Virus record (IMG/VR): IMGVR_UViG_3300027770_000039
Location: 32,001 to 96,000 of that record
DNA from: a virus
Direction: 5' to 3' (one strand)
DNA: 64,000 nt
The number at the start of each line of letters is the position of its first letter. Within the stretch, counting starts at the first letter, position 1. The position numbers were made by a program, and so were the translations under genes. A model generated the notes under the pieces. It saw nothing but the letters and a program-made list of their open reading frames with translations. It ran no database searches and was not told the origin of the DNA. Positions 31,152 to 41,268 of the stretch are shown here, piece by piece.

Positions 31152-31511
31152 TTATGCTATTGAACCTGAATCAAAAACAAGTTGAAATGAAGAGGTAGAG
31201 GGATCTCCACCACTAGCTACACCAGTTGTGCCTGAATTGTCTACTCCGTTGGCTTGAACTGTGTATATAGGCTCTCCATCATAATCGATTGCCAGACCAA
31301 GGTCCATAAATGAAATTTCTTCAGATAAGTCTGGGATATCTGTTGCAAGTGCAACGTTAACCCAAGTATTATCTAATTGAATTTGTAATTTATTTGATGC
31401 TGTATCGAATCTTAAAGGGGTTGTTCCTAGTATGACTGAAGACTGGAATGTGGCAGATCCTGCGACATTGAGTCCGTTCTTTATTCTAAAGTTTTTATCT
31501 GTTGTTGCCAT
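31152..31511 (-). CDS. Small tail-fibre-associated protein
   Basis: MATTDKNFRIKNGL N-terminus resembles that of 31580..32866. Confidence 0.6.
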   Translation of the reverse strand: MATTDKNFRIKNGLNVAGSATFQSSVILGTTPLRFDTASNKLQIQLDNTWVNVALATDIPDLSEEISFMDLGLAIDYDGEPIYTVQANGVDNSGTTGVASGGDPSTSSFQLVFDSGSIA

Positions 31512-31579
31512 TTAAGTTCACATATCCCCTAATTGTTTTTTTGGGGAGATTTCAGGCTCTCCCCTGGCCCTTTATTTAA

Positions 31580-32866
31580 TTATTTAATCAATGTTCCAAC
31601 TACAACAACTTCAGTGTTATTGTTTGCTGGGGTTACACGAATTCTTACATCTGAGCCAGAATAATCTGCAGTTACTGCAGCTAACTCTGTTCCGTTTGAA
31701 TATGTAATTCCATATTCAGAAACTGCTACGTTGTTAGAAGTATCAAGTGTAACTACTAGGTCTGATACCTGAGTGTGGCTACCATTTTTTGCTTTAACTA
31801 CAAGCTTAGCGCTTCTGTAATCTGCTGCTGCCCATGAGATAGCAGTTGTTGCTGCAGCGGTTACAATATTTCCAGTTGTTGCTGCAACTTGCTTGGCAAC
31901 AGAGTTGTAATTAATTGATGTAAATGCTGTAGTTCCGTTTTGCTGTGCTGTATTAGCTGCTGCTGCAGTTGCTTCTGCTGCTGCTTGAGCTGCGTTAGCT
32001 TTAGTTGTAGCATCTGAGGCTGCTGCAGACTGTGCTGCGTTAGCTTTAGTTGTAGCATCTGAGGCTGCTGCTGATGTTGCTGCAGTTTGTGCTGCATCTG
32101 CTGCTGCCTTTGCATATGCAGTTGTTGCAACCTGAGTTGTATTTGTTCCTGCTGCTGCGGTTGGTGCAGTTGGTGTTCCAGTCAATGCTGGTGATGCTAG
32201 AGGAGCTTTTGTTCCTAGAGCTGTTGTAATAGTTGTTGTATAGTTAGCGTCATCATTAATTGCTGCTGCAAGTTCATTTAATGTATTAAGAAGGTCTGGT
32301 GCGCCGTCTACTAATGTACTTACTGCTGATGAAATTGCTGTATTACGGTTTGAAACCTCTGTGCTAATTGCAGATGAAAGAGCGGATGCTGCTGTTGCTT
32401 CTGCTGCTGCTTGAGCTGCGTTGGCCTTTGAAGTAGCGTCTGCTGCTGCAGTTGCTACTGATGCTGCGTCACCTGATACTCTAAGTGCTGCTTCTGCTGC
32501 TACCTTAGTGGTTGCGTCTGATGCTGCAGTTGTTACTGATGCTGCGTCACCTGATACTCTAAGTGCTGCTTCTGCTGCTACCTTAGTGGTTGCGTCTGAT
32601 GCTGCTGCAGAAATTGCTGCTGATTGAGCAGATGAAGCTGATCCATAAGCATCAAATACGCTAGCCTTTACTGTAAGATTTCCTGCACCATCAACTGCAA
32701 ATGTTCCTGCGTCTACGGATTTTACAAGAGTGGCTCCTCCAACAAGGTTAAGGATGTAGGCATTTCCGCCTGTTTCTGTAAGTATATTTTGGCCATTGAT
32801 TGTACCTGTTGCGCCTTCAACTACAAGACCTGATTTGATTCTAAAGTTTTTTACTACTGTTGCCAT
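31580..32866 (-). CDS. Ala-rich tail fibre / virion structural protein
   Basis: DATTKANAAQ coiled repeats; LNTLNELAAAINDD motif; YRSAK-type C-terminal domain. Confidence 0.75.
   Translation of the reverse strand: MATVVKNFRIKSGLVVEGATGTINGQNILTETGGNAYILNLVGGATLVKSVDAGTFAVDGAGNLTVKASVFDAYGSASSAQSAAISAAASDATTKVAAEAALRVSGDAASVTTAASDATTKVAAEAALRVSGDAASVATAAADATSKANAAQAAAEATAASALSSAISTEVSNRNTAISSAVSTLVDGAPDLLNTLNELAAAINDDANYTTTITTALGTKAPLASPALTGTPTAPTAAAGTNTTQVATTAYAKAAADAAQTAATSAAASDATTKANAAQSAAASDATTKANAAQAAAEATAAAANTAQQNGTTAFTSINYNSVAKQVAATTGNIVTAAATTAISWAAADYRSAKLVVKAKNGSHTQVSDLVVTLDTSNNVAVSEYGITYSNGTELAAVTADYSGSDVRIRVTPANNNTEVVVVGTLIK
32456..32605 (-). repeat. 78-bp-period tandem duplication (26 aa) in the fibre gene
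   Basis: 32456-32527 is identical to 32534-32605. A second, 45-bp-period duplication lies near 31991/32036. Confidence 0.9.
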
Positions 32867-32886
32867 TTTTTATCCCCTTTTACTGC

Positions 32887-33456
32887 TTATATTTTTATTG
32901 CTGTTCTAATATATCTTGCAGTAACTGCTGTACTCGTTGGAGTTACGCATAGCCCTATTATACCTGAATTTTCTTCAAATGTAACATTTGCAAGAGAACT
33001 ACTTGTGTTAGAAATAATGTTTGACTGCGAGATGTTTATGTCGGTTCCATCATTAAGAACTAAAATGTCTGATGTTTCATAAAGACTTCCTCTGGAAAGC
33101 TGTAACTGATAGTTTACTGTCCTGAAAGCTGTTTTTGAAAATGTATCTAATGTTGTTTTGTTTTCTATACCACTTACAGTTAAATCGTTGTTTCCTTCAA
33201 GGCCTAAAAGAGTAACTGTTTCGTTAGTGGTATTGGACAAGTTTGAAAGTGTTGTCTGTACCGCTGCTACTTTGTACTGAATTGAGTTTACGTCTGTTGA
33301 GCCATTTATACCAACTTTTGCTTCAAGTGCTTCAATAGCATCATTGGCATTTATATGTTGATCTGCGTGTGAAGGACTTGCTAAACTGCTTGTGCTTGTC
33401 GGGTTTGTTAAAGTGTCTAAGCTTGTTGGGAAACTAGTTGCCAATTGTGCCACCAT
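32887..33456 (-). CDS. Virion structural protein
   Basis: FPTSLD...HADQHINANDAIEALEAKVG fibre N-terminal motif; C-terminal domain resembles that of 31580..32866. Confidence 0.6.
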   Translation of the reverse strand: MVAQLATSFPTSLDTLTNPTSTSSLASPSHADQHINANDAIEALEAKVGINGSTDVNSIQYKVAAVQTTLSNLSNTTNETVTLLGLEGNNDLTVSGIENKTTLDTFSKTAFRTVNYQLQLSRGSLYETSDILVLNDGTDINISQSNIISNTSSSLANVTFEENSGIIGLCVTPTSTAVTARYIRTAIKI

Positions 33457-33784
33457 CCATTGTTACTGCATTATTTATTATGTTTAGCTGAGAGTCTGGG
33501 ACTCCGCCGTCATACCCAATTATAACAGGGTTTTGTTCTTCAATTATTGAATTTTCATTTATTGTTTCAAAATCTAATTCGTTTACGTCTACTGTATGTA
33601 CGTTACCATCATAGTCGTGTGTGTGTGGCAAAAAAGACAGATCTCTTGTTAAAGAAACCCACCCATTTCCATCATGTATCTTTAAGGCTCTGTCAGTTAA
33701 ATTAAAAAACAAGTCTCCCATGCTTCCCTGTGGATCGGAAGCAAGAGAAACTATGTTTAATAAAGATTTAACCTTTTTAGACAT
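33434..33784 (-). CDS. Hypothetical tail-associated protein
   Basis: GDLFFN...LKIHDGNGW fibre motif and HTH (His-Thr-His) metal motif. Confidence 0.55.
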   Translation of the reverse strand: MSKKVKSLLNIVSLASDPQGSMGDLFFNLTDRALKIHDGNGWVSLTRDLSFLPHTHDYDGNVHTVDVNELDFETINENSIIEEQNPVIIGYDGGVPDSQLNIINNAVTMDGGTIGN

Positions 33785-33785
33785 T

Positions 33786-34853
33786 TTAGCCTACTACAAC
33801 AACTCTATATTGACTGGCTGTAGGGGCTGAAGCAAATCCTATTGATACTATATCTAAAGTTGAGTGTGTTGTATCTACAATAACTTCTTCTTTACTTGAT
33901 ATGTCATAAACAGTGACTGCTACGTCTCTTGTGTTTAAGAAATGAGATACTTGAAAAACAGTTGAAGACCCATCTCCAATTGTTTCTGAGTACTTTCTTG
34001 CAATTGCATGGTAAGGTGCTCCAGTGCTACCAAGTTTCCATTGATCTGCGGTTTCGTCCCAAAGAATTTCTGCGTCTGGGGCACTTCCTCTTTCTACAAC
34101 TATTCCAGCATCTACAGTAGGTGCGCCTGTTGCATTGCTGTTAAGCTTTACCTTATTATCTTCAATATTAATCTGTGTTGTATTTACAGAGTTTACTGTT
34201 CCTATTACATTTAGATTTCCGCCTACCTGTAAGTTTCCAGTAATTTCAACATCATTTGGAAGACCAATTGTTACAGCAGATGTTTCTGATCCTGAGCCAG
34301 TAACTTCAATTTCATTAACTGTACCAGCAATTGTTGCTATATAGTTTCCAGTTGTGTCTGATCCCAATGCAACAGAATTTGGCTGAATTGTGGTTGTAAT
34401 TGTAACATTGCCAAGATTTGTCATTGTAGCTGAGCCAGATACATCTCCAGAAAGAGTTATTACTGGATCTGGAATGCTTATTTCGCTAGCAGATGTTAAC
34501 CTACCTTGTGCATCAACTGTAAATGATGGAATAGAGGATGCTGACCCATATGTTCCAGCGGTAACCGCTGTGTTGTCTAGGTCTATTGTTGTTTCGCCAG
34601 TGGTGTCGTTATATGAGGCAGTTAATGATTGCCCACCAACTACATATTGACCAATTGCGTCTTGAATTACTTCTAATGAACCAGAAGTTGAGATCCAGTT
34701 TGTTCCATCAAAAAAGTATAAAATATTATTTGATGTATTAAAATAAATCTGTCCTGATACTGGTGACGATGGTGCGCTTGCTAAATTTTGAACTCTAGCA
34801 TTTAAAAGTTCATTTTTATTTAGATCAAGATTTACTACAAATTTTCTTGCCAT
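33786..34853 (-). CDS. Tail fibre / structural protein
   Basis: GQIYFN..., VTAGTYG...TVDAQGRLT, IEDNKV.LN and a C-terminal H.L...V.V domain. Confidence 0.7.
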   Translation of the reverse strand: MARKFVVNLDLNKNELLNARVQNLASAPSSPVSGQIYFNTSNNILYFFDGTNWISTSGSLEVIQDAIGQYVVGGQSLTASYNDTTGETTIDLDNTAVTAGTYGSASSIPSFTVDAQGRLTSASEISIPDPVITLSGDVSGSATMTNLGNVTITTTIQPNSVALGSDTTGNYIATIAGTVNEIEVTGSGSETSAVTIGLPNDVEITGNLQVGGNLNVIGTVNSVNTTQINIEDNKVKLNSNATGAPTVDAGIVVERGSAPDAEILWDETADQWKLGSTGAPYHAIARKYSETIGDGSSTVFQVSHFLNTRDVAVTVYDISSKEEVIVDTTHSTLDIVSIGFASAPTASQYRVVVVG

Positions 34854-34865
34854 TTTGTTTCTCCT

Positions 34866-35315
34866 TTATGACAGATATGCTGTCCCTGAAAATGGTTGAG
34901 CCATTCTCAGCGTTATTTTATTTAAACTATTGTAATCCACTTCAGTTTCTACAATATCGCCTGAACTAGCTTTTACTGTTACGTTTGGGCTAAATCCAAG
35001 ATTGTGCTGTATTTCTATGGAGTATGATCCTTGCAATAAAACAAGATTTTGTAAAGACCAAGAACTAGAAAAAGAAAACTCTCCTGGAGTTTGAACTAAG
35101 GTTACTTGCTGAGCATTACTCCAAGACAAATCATTAAGTTTTGGTCCATAGAATTTTGTTGTAACAATATCATAATAGAAATCTCCAGTTGTACCCAAAT
35201 TGTTTGAAGGTGCTCCAGAGCCATTTAATATTGTTCTTCCAGCAGGTCCTTGTGGTCCTGGGGAACTAACAACTACTTGATTTTTTACTCCTGATATAAA
35301 TACTTGCTCTGCCAT
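34866..35315 (-). CDS. Short collagen-containing structural protein
   Basis: PGPQGPAG, GDFYYD...YGPK and HNLGFSPNV motifs. Confidence 0.65.
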   Translation of the reverse strand: MAEQVFISGVKNQVVVSSPGPQGPAGRTILNGSGAPSNNLGTTGDFYYDIVTTKFYGPKLNDLSWSNAQQVTLVQTPGEFSFSSSWSLQNLVLLQGSYSIEIQHNLGFSPNVTVKASSGDIVETEVDYNSLNKITLRMAQPFSGTAYLS

Positions 35316-35662
35316 CAGATGGTTACCGATCTGCTAAGAGATATAAAGCCTTCAAGTAGTTTTATTTTATTCAAATTGCTATCTGTAACCATTATGTCAT
35401 ATGATGATTTTGGATAAAATAACTTGCTTGTTTGTGTTGGTGTCATCTTAATTGTTAGCTTACCGTTAGTGGGGTCTATTACAATTCCGCCAGATGGCGA
35501 TGTTAGGGTAAAAGCTAATTTAGTTCCGCCTTTTAAATCACGGACTTGCATTTTTGCAGAAGCGCCAGTTAGATCTATGGGATTTCCATCTTGATCTTGA
35601 TAAATTGCTTCAAACGTGTGGGTTGTGTTTTGATCCACTTCCCAATTTTTTTGTCCTGCCAT
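35315..35662 (-). CDS. BppU/LtfC-like baseplate-fibre adaptor
   Basis: PIDLTGASAKMQVR...YDI...KLLEG pattern. Confidence 0.65.
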   Translation of the reverse strand: MAGQKNWEVDQNTTHTFEAIYQDQDGNPIDLTGASAKMQVRDLKGGTKLAFTLTSPSGGIVIDPTNGKLTIKMTPTQTSKLFYPKSSYDIMVTDSNLNKIKLLEGFISLSRSVTI

Positions 35663-35733
35663 TTGCTAGTACTCCTAAATAGGAAAACTCCTATGCCAAT
35701 TTTAGCACAGGAGCTATCCCAATCGAGTAAGAT

Positions 35734-35958
35734 TTACTTCTTGGTGAATCCAAAAGCTAGTTCATTTGGATTTAACGCCTTCAAGATAACGGGGGCACAA
35801 GCTGCAATTCCGCCCATCAAAAGGTCTCTAGGGTTTGTGTTCCCTGTCATGTACAAGGCAATTGCCGCACCTAAGAAGTGGCGGCCATAACTTGCTAGTG
35901 CTGCTAGAATTTTTTCTTGCATTTCTAATAGTCCATTCTGTTTAAGATCTTTTTTCAT
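35734..35958 (-). CDS. Holin-like small membrane protein
   Basis: Two hydrophobic segments, ALNP.E.AFG C-terminus, AGGAGG RBS. Confidence 0.6.
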   Translation of the reverse strand: MKKDLKQNGLLEMQEKILAALASYGRHFLGAAIALYMTGNTNPRDLLMGGIAACAPVILKALNPNELAFGFTKK

Positions 35959-36206
35959 TTAGATCCTCCTATTTCTGAGCATTGCGCTCAGCAATTTTGG
36001 GGTTTAACCCAATTATATTATACTACCATAAATAGATATTGACAAGCCTGCCTAGTGTCCAGTCAGGGATCTCCAGCCTTGTAGAATTAAACTATTTACT
36101 ATATATATAGAAAAAAGATTAAAAATAATTTCAGGAACAATATAAAAATTACTTTTACCGACAGGTTTTTCTAAAAAAATCTTGTAAGATGTCTTAGAAT
36201 CTAGCC

Positions 36207-38141
36207 TCATGAAGAAATATCTACTAGCTCGCAGTTTCCGTCTGAGCTACAGGCAAGAGTGGCATTTGTAGATGTGCCATCTTCTGTTTCGTAAAAATAC
36301 AAGTCTGCCCATCTAATTTCTTTAGGCATTTTTGCAACCAGGTCTTCATATTCTAATTTAGAAACTTCTTGATACGGAGCCTGCTTGTATGAGTGATCAG
36401 ACATGGGCAAAAAAGATATACCAGAGACTTCATCAAAGTTTTTATATACCCAAGCTCCTACTTCCATCCATTCATCTTCTTTTACTGAAACTGTGATAGA
36501 TGGCTTATGCTCACACCATGCACGTTGGTAAACTAACCAAATATTTAAGTGTTCAATTGCCGTCAAATCTTTTCTAACCACAGCCCCGTCTGGAGCTTTT
36601 ATTGGAAACGAAAATACATAGGTGTCGTTTGGCTTCATAACGTCATCCTCTACTGGAATCCCAACTTCTTTTAAAAATGTAGATATTGGGTCTCCTTTTG
36701 AGCCACGAACTGTTCTAATGTAATACGGAGAATGCCAAGCATGCATTCCTGAAGATACTCCAACTAATTGAGATACTGTTCCCGATGGCTTTACACATGT
36801 AATAGCAGCAGACTCTGGAATTCCAAGATTTCCTGCCTCTTTTTTATTTGTCTTTCTAGCTTTTTCTCTAAGAGTCATTAAAAATGCTTCTAAAGACACC
36901 AAGTCTTCTTTTCCAGACATAAACTGATGACCAAATTGTCCAGTCAGAGATACCCCTAGTAATCTTTCCTCTTCTGTGTTATCTTTCCAAATTTTACGAA
37001 GGTACTTAAAATTAGTAAGAGTAGACTGCCATGTTCCAAGAATTGTTGCTAGTTCTACTTTACGCTCAATATCTTTTTTTGTATCTTTTTCACGTAGTAC
37101 GACTTCTGAAAGATTACAAAACTGATAAGGACGTAAAATAATTTCTGAACAAGGGTTAGTTCCGTAGTGTATATCTGGATCTCTTCTTCCATACTTGGCT
37201 GCCTGGGCTTGAGCTGCGGCCACATTGTATATACCTCGTTCTCCTGATTTTGAATCATATAAGGATTTCCATTCTGCAATAAATTGTTCCATCTCTGGTT
37301 TACGAGAATACGCAACAGAGTTATTTGAAAGAGCACGTTGTCCATTATGCTCCCACCAATTACCAGTTTTTGCTTGTGCCATTTCAATATCATTAATATT
37401 AGAAAGAGAAATTAATGCAGACCTTCTAACTCCACCAACTACCACAATTTCTCCAATCTTACACATAATGTCATGTGCCTCAATTGGTTTAAATGATCTA
37501 CCTGCTGCAGATTTAAATTTTGCAATTGTAAAATCAAACAAGTTAACTAATGGCTGTGGTCCTGATGACCTACCACCCATAGTTTTAAGTCTTGCGCCAG
37601 CGGGACGAAGTTTGCTTACATCAATTGAAGGAACTTGACCAGACCAAAGAAGTGCAAGCAATTCACGAAACGCTTTTGCCCAACCAGACTTAGAATCTTC
37701 AACAATAATTACTGTTGTAGACTTTTCAAAAGATTCTGGAATCGCTGGAAGCTTATTAATGTATTTATACTCAACGGAAAATCCTACTCCCGTTCCACAC
37801 ATAAGTATATACATTGTCTCGTCAAATGATCGTGGAGAATCTACTGGTATAAACGAACAGTTATATCCTGCAACATGGTCTCTATCTAAAGCAGGTCCTG
37901 CTGTCATTACAGATCTCATTGATGGCATTACATCACGATTGTAAACAGATTCTTTTAATTCTTTTAATAAATTTGGTTCTGGGACGTAGCCATTGTTGTC
38001 TTTAAGATACTTTATCATGTAGTCAAAATATCTATCTACTGTTTCTGCCCATGTCTCACGACGGTTTTCTTCTGAAATCCATCTTGCATAACGAGACAAT
38101 GCAATAAAATTTTCATATGGGTTTTCAATAATTTTTGACAT
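36207..38141 (-). CDS. nrdJ: Adenosylcobalamin-dependent (class II) ribonucleotide reductase
   Basis: YNC, GGVRRSALIS, TNPCSEI, CNLSEV, CVKPSGTVSQL and C-terminal CxxxxC. Confidence 0.93.
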   Translation of the reverse strand: MSKIIENPYENFIALSRYARWISEENRRETWAETVDRYFDYMIKYLKDNNGYVPEPNLLKELKESVYNRDVMPSMRSVMTAGPALDRDHVAGYNCSFIPVDSPRSFDETMYILMCGTGVGFSVEYKYINKLPAIPESFEKSTTVIIVEDSKSGWAKAFRELLALLWSGQVPSIDVSKLRPAGARLKTMGGRSSGPQPLVNLFDFTIAKFKSAAGRSFKPIEAHDIMCKIGEIVVVGGVRRSALISLSNINDIEMAQAKTGNWWEHNGQRALSNNSVAYSRKPEMEQFIAEWKSLYDSKSGERGIYNVAAAQAQAAKYGRRDPDIHYGTNPCSEIILRPYQFCNLSEVVLREKDTKKDIERKVELATILGTWQSTLTNFKYLRKIWKDNTEEERLLGVSLTGQFGHQFMSGKEDLVSLEAFLMTLREKARKTNKKEAGNLGIPESAAITCVKPSGTVSQLVGVSSGMHAWHSPYYIRTVRGSKGDPISTFLKEVGIPVEDDVMKPNDTYVFSFPIKAPDGAVVRKDLTAIEHLNIWLVYQRAWCEHKPSITVSVKEDEWMEVGAWVYKNFDEVSGISFLPMSDHSYKQAPYQEVSKLEYEDLVAKMPKEIRWADLYFYETEDGTSTNATLACSSDGNCELVDISS

Positions 38142-38393
38142 ATATACCTTTTTCTTCGCTTAGCGTTTGATTATTTTTGGATGAGGTCTAAGTGTATCAA
38201 ACTTTATTTATAAAAAGAAGTGTTTATAAGTTTTTTAAAAAATTATTATTACTCAACTAAAACAATGTTTAATAACTTAAATAGTTATATATAAACGCTA
38301 AATCATTACTTTACACAAAAAATATTAGTTGACTAGATTGACTTATTCTTGTTTCTAATGGTATTATTATAGTTCGTTATCTCTAAAGGAGGA

Positions 38394-38951
38394 ATGCCAA
38401 TGGAGAAAATTAAAGAACGTTTGAGTGATGTAGTCCATAACTGGATGGCAATAGGAGTAGTAGTACTATTTTTATTTTCCGTTCAACCAGGGCCTACGGC
38501 TTCTCAAGCTTTAACTGTAGAAATACAAAAAACTGAAAAACAACTAAAAAGAGAAATACTAGATAAGTTCAGCAATGAAACTTATAAGCACTCTCAAATT
38601 CTTTCCCCAGAAGATTTAAAAGATTTGCTGTGGGCTGTTGGATTTGAAGGAGCTAGTTTAAAAACAGCTTGGTCTGTTGCAAGGGTAGAATCAAACGGGA
38701 GACCGCTTGCTCTAAACGACAACAAATCGACTGGAGATAAATCTTACGGAATTTTTCAAATTAATATGCTAGGGGAACTTGGCGTAGACAGATTAGAAAA
38801 ATTTAATTTAGTTTCAAATAAGGAATTATTTGATCCAGTAACAAACGCAGAGATAACGTATTTTATGACTAAGGGCGGTAAAGATTGGTCATCATGGTCT
38901 GCTTCGACAGGCAAAGCCCAGGATATTGTAAAAGATTTCCCTAAACAATAA
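38394..38951 (+). CDS. Lysozyme-like transglycosylase with an N-terminal signal/anchor
   Basis: Catalytic VES motif, GIFQIN, DPVTNA and WSSW; TTGACT...TATTAT promoter and GGAGG RBS upstream. Confidence 0.8.
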   Translation: MPMEKIKERLSDVVHNWMAIGVVVLFLFSVQPGPTASQALTVEIQKTEKQLKREILDKFSNETYKHSQILSPEDLKDLLWAVGFEGASLKTAWSVARVESNGRPLALNDNKSTGDKSYGIFQINMLGELGVDRLEKFNLVSNKELFDPVTNAEITYFMTKGGKDWSSWSASTGKAQDIVKDFPKQ

Positions 38952-38960
38952 GGAGCCATA

Positions 38961-39179
38961 TTGAAAAAGATACAAATCGTATCTAAATATATAGCCCTAT
39001 CGGAAGAAGGCCTTGTTCCTAGACTTGAATGTCCTATGGATCAAGGCTTTCTTATGCCTAATGTAGATTTAAATGATAGAATATATTTATACTGCCTTTC
39101 TTGCAGTTACAAAACAACAATTGGGAGTAACCGTTATGAATCTATTGAAAAACTTGTTAAATCAAGAAGTTCCTACTGA
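38961..39179 (+). CDS. Small zinc-finger protein
   Basis: CPMD...CLSC; AAGGAG RBS with a TTG start. Confidence 0.6.
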   Translation: MKKIQIVSKYIALSEEGLVPRLECPMDQGFLMPNVDLNDRIYLYCLSCSYKTTIGSNRYESIEKLVKSRSSY

Positions 39180-39247
39180 CGGTGGTCAAATAAAAGAAAC
39201 AGACTCTATGGGTCGAGAAATATTTTGGCTAGACATAGGTAGACCCA

Positions 39248-39463
39248 ATGAATGAAGAAAAAGAGCCTTCTCAAAACTTAGAAGATAACCTTCCAATGGT
39301 TAATTATATTATGTTGCACAGGATATATGATTTATTAGTGCTAATATCGAAATCAGTTGCTGAGCCAGAAGAAGTTCAAAAAATGATTGACTATCACGAA
39401 AAAGGTTTTTTGCTTGGACCCGTTCCTTCTTTTACTTCTGTAGATAGCAATGAAGATGTCTAA
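39248..39463 (+). CDS. Conserved hypothetical protein
   Basis: NLPMVNYIMLHRIYDLL; coupled to its neighbours. Confidence 0.6.
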   Translation: MNEEKEPSQNLEDNLPMVNYIMLHRIYDLLVLISKSVAEPEEVQKMIDYHEKGFLLGPVPSFTSVDSNEDV

Positions 39464-40892
39464 AAAAAATCTAGTAAACATACCTCCTTTTTTTTATTTT
39501 CCAAAAAATATGTTTTATCTAAAACCAATGACTTTAAAAACTTTAAAGAAAAGAAATTTATTAGAAAAAATACCCAAGATAATTAAATTAAAAGCTAACT
39601 ACCATATTAACCAAGGAAATAGAGCAAAAAATTTATTAAAAATATTAAAAAAACATGGAGAAATTGTTTCTTTTTTTGTAAATAAGGAACTTTACATTAC
39701 AGCTTTTTCCCCAGAAGCTGCATACCAAGTATCTGTTGCTCAAAAAGATAACTTTTCAAAAGGTAGAGGCTGGAATAGAATTAGAAAATTTGGTGGCGAA
39801 GGCATGTTAACACTAGAAGAGCCTACCCATTCTGAAAGAAGAAATATTGCGCAGCCGAGCTTAAATTATAAAAAAATACAAAAAGATTATTTTGACATTA
39901 TGTGTGACAAATCTGAAAACAAAATGATTGATTGGCAAAGAAATAAAAAAATAGAAGTACATACTGAAATGGTGCATTTAACTCTTGAAATAGTTTGTCA
40001 ATCTCTATTTGGCATTGATTTTAAAGAAAAAACTTCTTTTGTTAAAAAACATATGGATATCTGTGTGACAAACGGAGAAAGAACGGTGTCTCCTCTACTT
40101 CATAGATTTGATCATACTAATTTACCAATCTTTAAACAATTTAGAGAATCTTCAATTGAGCTATACAACTTTGTTCAAAAAACTATTGATGAAAGAATTA
40201 AAAATCCTATAGAGTCAAACGATTTATTAAGTGTTTTTATAAAATCATACCAAGATCCAGAAAGCAATTTATCTTTATCTGACATAAATAATGAAATATT
40301 AACAATGCTACTGGCTGGGTTTGAAACTACGGCAAATGCTTTATCTTTTGCAATATGTAACATAAATGATAATCCTAAATACCTTGATCTTCTTAAAGAA
40401 GAAGCAAAAGAAATACTTTCAAAAAGAAATGATGATAATTTTATAGAATTAGTATCTAACGCAAAAATTTGCTCATCTATAATTAAAGAAACTTTGCGAA
40501 TTTATCCTCCTCTTTGGATACAGCCAAGATTTTGCAAAAAAGATTCTATAATTGACGGTTATTTTTTTCCACAAGGATCCAATATTGTTTTAAGCTCTTA
40601 TCCTATTCACAATAACCCTAAAATATATGAAAGTCCAGAAAAATTTATGCCAGAAAGATGGACTAAAGACTTTGAAACAAATCTTCCAAGAGGTTCGTAC
40701 TTTCCATTTGGAATGGGATCTAGAAAATGCATAGGAGATATGTTTGCTATGCTAGAAATGAAAGTAATTTTATTAAATATATTTGGAAACTTTGATTTAA
40801 ATACAAAGAAAAAAAATCCAGGTGGTCAATCACACGTTTCATACAGACCTTTAAAAAAAATAAAAGCTACAATTAAACCTATTGACTTATAA
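39450..40892 (+). CDS. Cytochrome P450
   Basis: I-helix LAGFETT, K-helix ETLR, PERW and heme-binding FGMGSRKCIG. Confidence 0.95.
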   Translation: MKMSKKNLVNIPPFFYFPKNMFYLKPMTLKTLKKRNLLEKIPKIIKLKANYHINQGNRAKNLLKILKKHGEIVSFFVNKELYITAFSPEAAYQVSVAQKDNFSKGRGWNRIRKFGGEGMLTLEEPTHSERRNIAQPSLNYKKIQKDYFDIMCDKSENKMIDWQRNKKIEVHTEMVHLTLEIVCQSLFGIDFKEKTSFVKKHMDICVTNGERTVSPLLHRFDHTNLPIFKQFRESSIELYNFVQKTIDERIKNPIESNDLLSVFIKSYQDPESNLSLSDINNEILTMLLAGFETTANALSFAICNINDNPKYLDLLKEEAKEILSKRNDDNFIELVSNAKICSSIIKETLRIYPPLWIQPRFCKKDSIIDGYFFPQGSNIVLSSYPIHNNPKIYESPEKFMPERWTKDFETNLPRGSYFPFGMGSRKCIGDMFAMLEMKVILLNIFGNFDLNTKKKNPGGQSHVSYRPLKKIKATIKPIDL

Positions 40893-40915
40893 ATTAAAAT
40901 ATTTTACTATTGCAT

Positions 40916-40995
40916 AGATGCAAGCTTACGGTTTGCAGTTGCGTTCTTTTAGAATGCATTAAGCCCAGACGGACCCGCCTCTGTCTGGGTTTATA
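40916..40995 (+). ncRNA. Candidate small RNA with its own promoter and terminator
   Basis: TTGACT-17-TACTAT at 40882-40910, three consecutive hairpins, the last followed by a T-rich run; no ORF. Confidence 0.45.
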
Positions 40996-41020
40996 TTTTA
41001 TTAGGGTGTATAATTAATTC

Positions 41021-41182
41021 ATGAGCCCAAGATATTTTTCTAAATTTACCAATAACCCCTCTTCTGAAGGCGGTTGGTATCATTTTACTGGTGCAAACTT
41101 CAAGCCAGGGGACCCTGAGTATAACATGTATATAAAATTTAAATTATTTAAGTATAAATTTAAAAAATTATTTAGAAAATAG
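41021..41182 (+). CDS. Small leaderless hypothetical protein (53 aa)
   Basis: GTGTATAAT -10 six bases before the ATG; reads MSPRYFSKF...KKLFRK. Confidence 0.5.
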   Translation: MSPRYFSKFTNNPSSEGGWYHFTGANFKPGDPEYNMYIKFKLFKYKFKKLFRK

Positions 41183-41268
41183 CTTTACCTAAACCTGCAG
41201 ATTAGCCCTCTTAAGCCTTTGAGAGCCGTTTTAAGACAATTTTATACACATCTGTCACCTATTTGCCA

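Noticed and set aside
376-37944. Numerous plus-strand or off-frame ORFs (e.g. 615..899, 15504..16334, 28972..29388, 29691..30410, 37225..37638)
   Set aside because: They are antisense or off-frame shadows of well-supported minus-strand genes.
38142-38393. Cobalamin riboswitch or NrdR boxes upstream of nrdJ
   Set aside because: The region is AT-rich with no recognisable B12 box or NrdR palindrome by eye.
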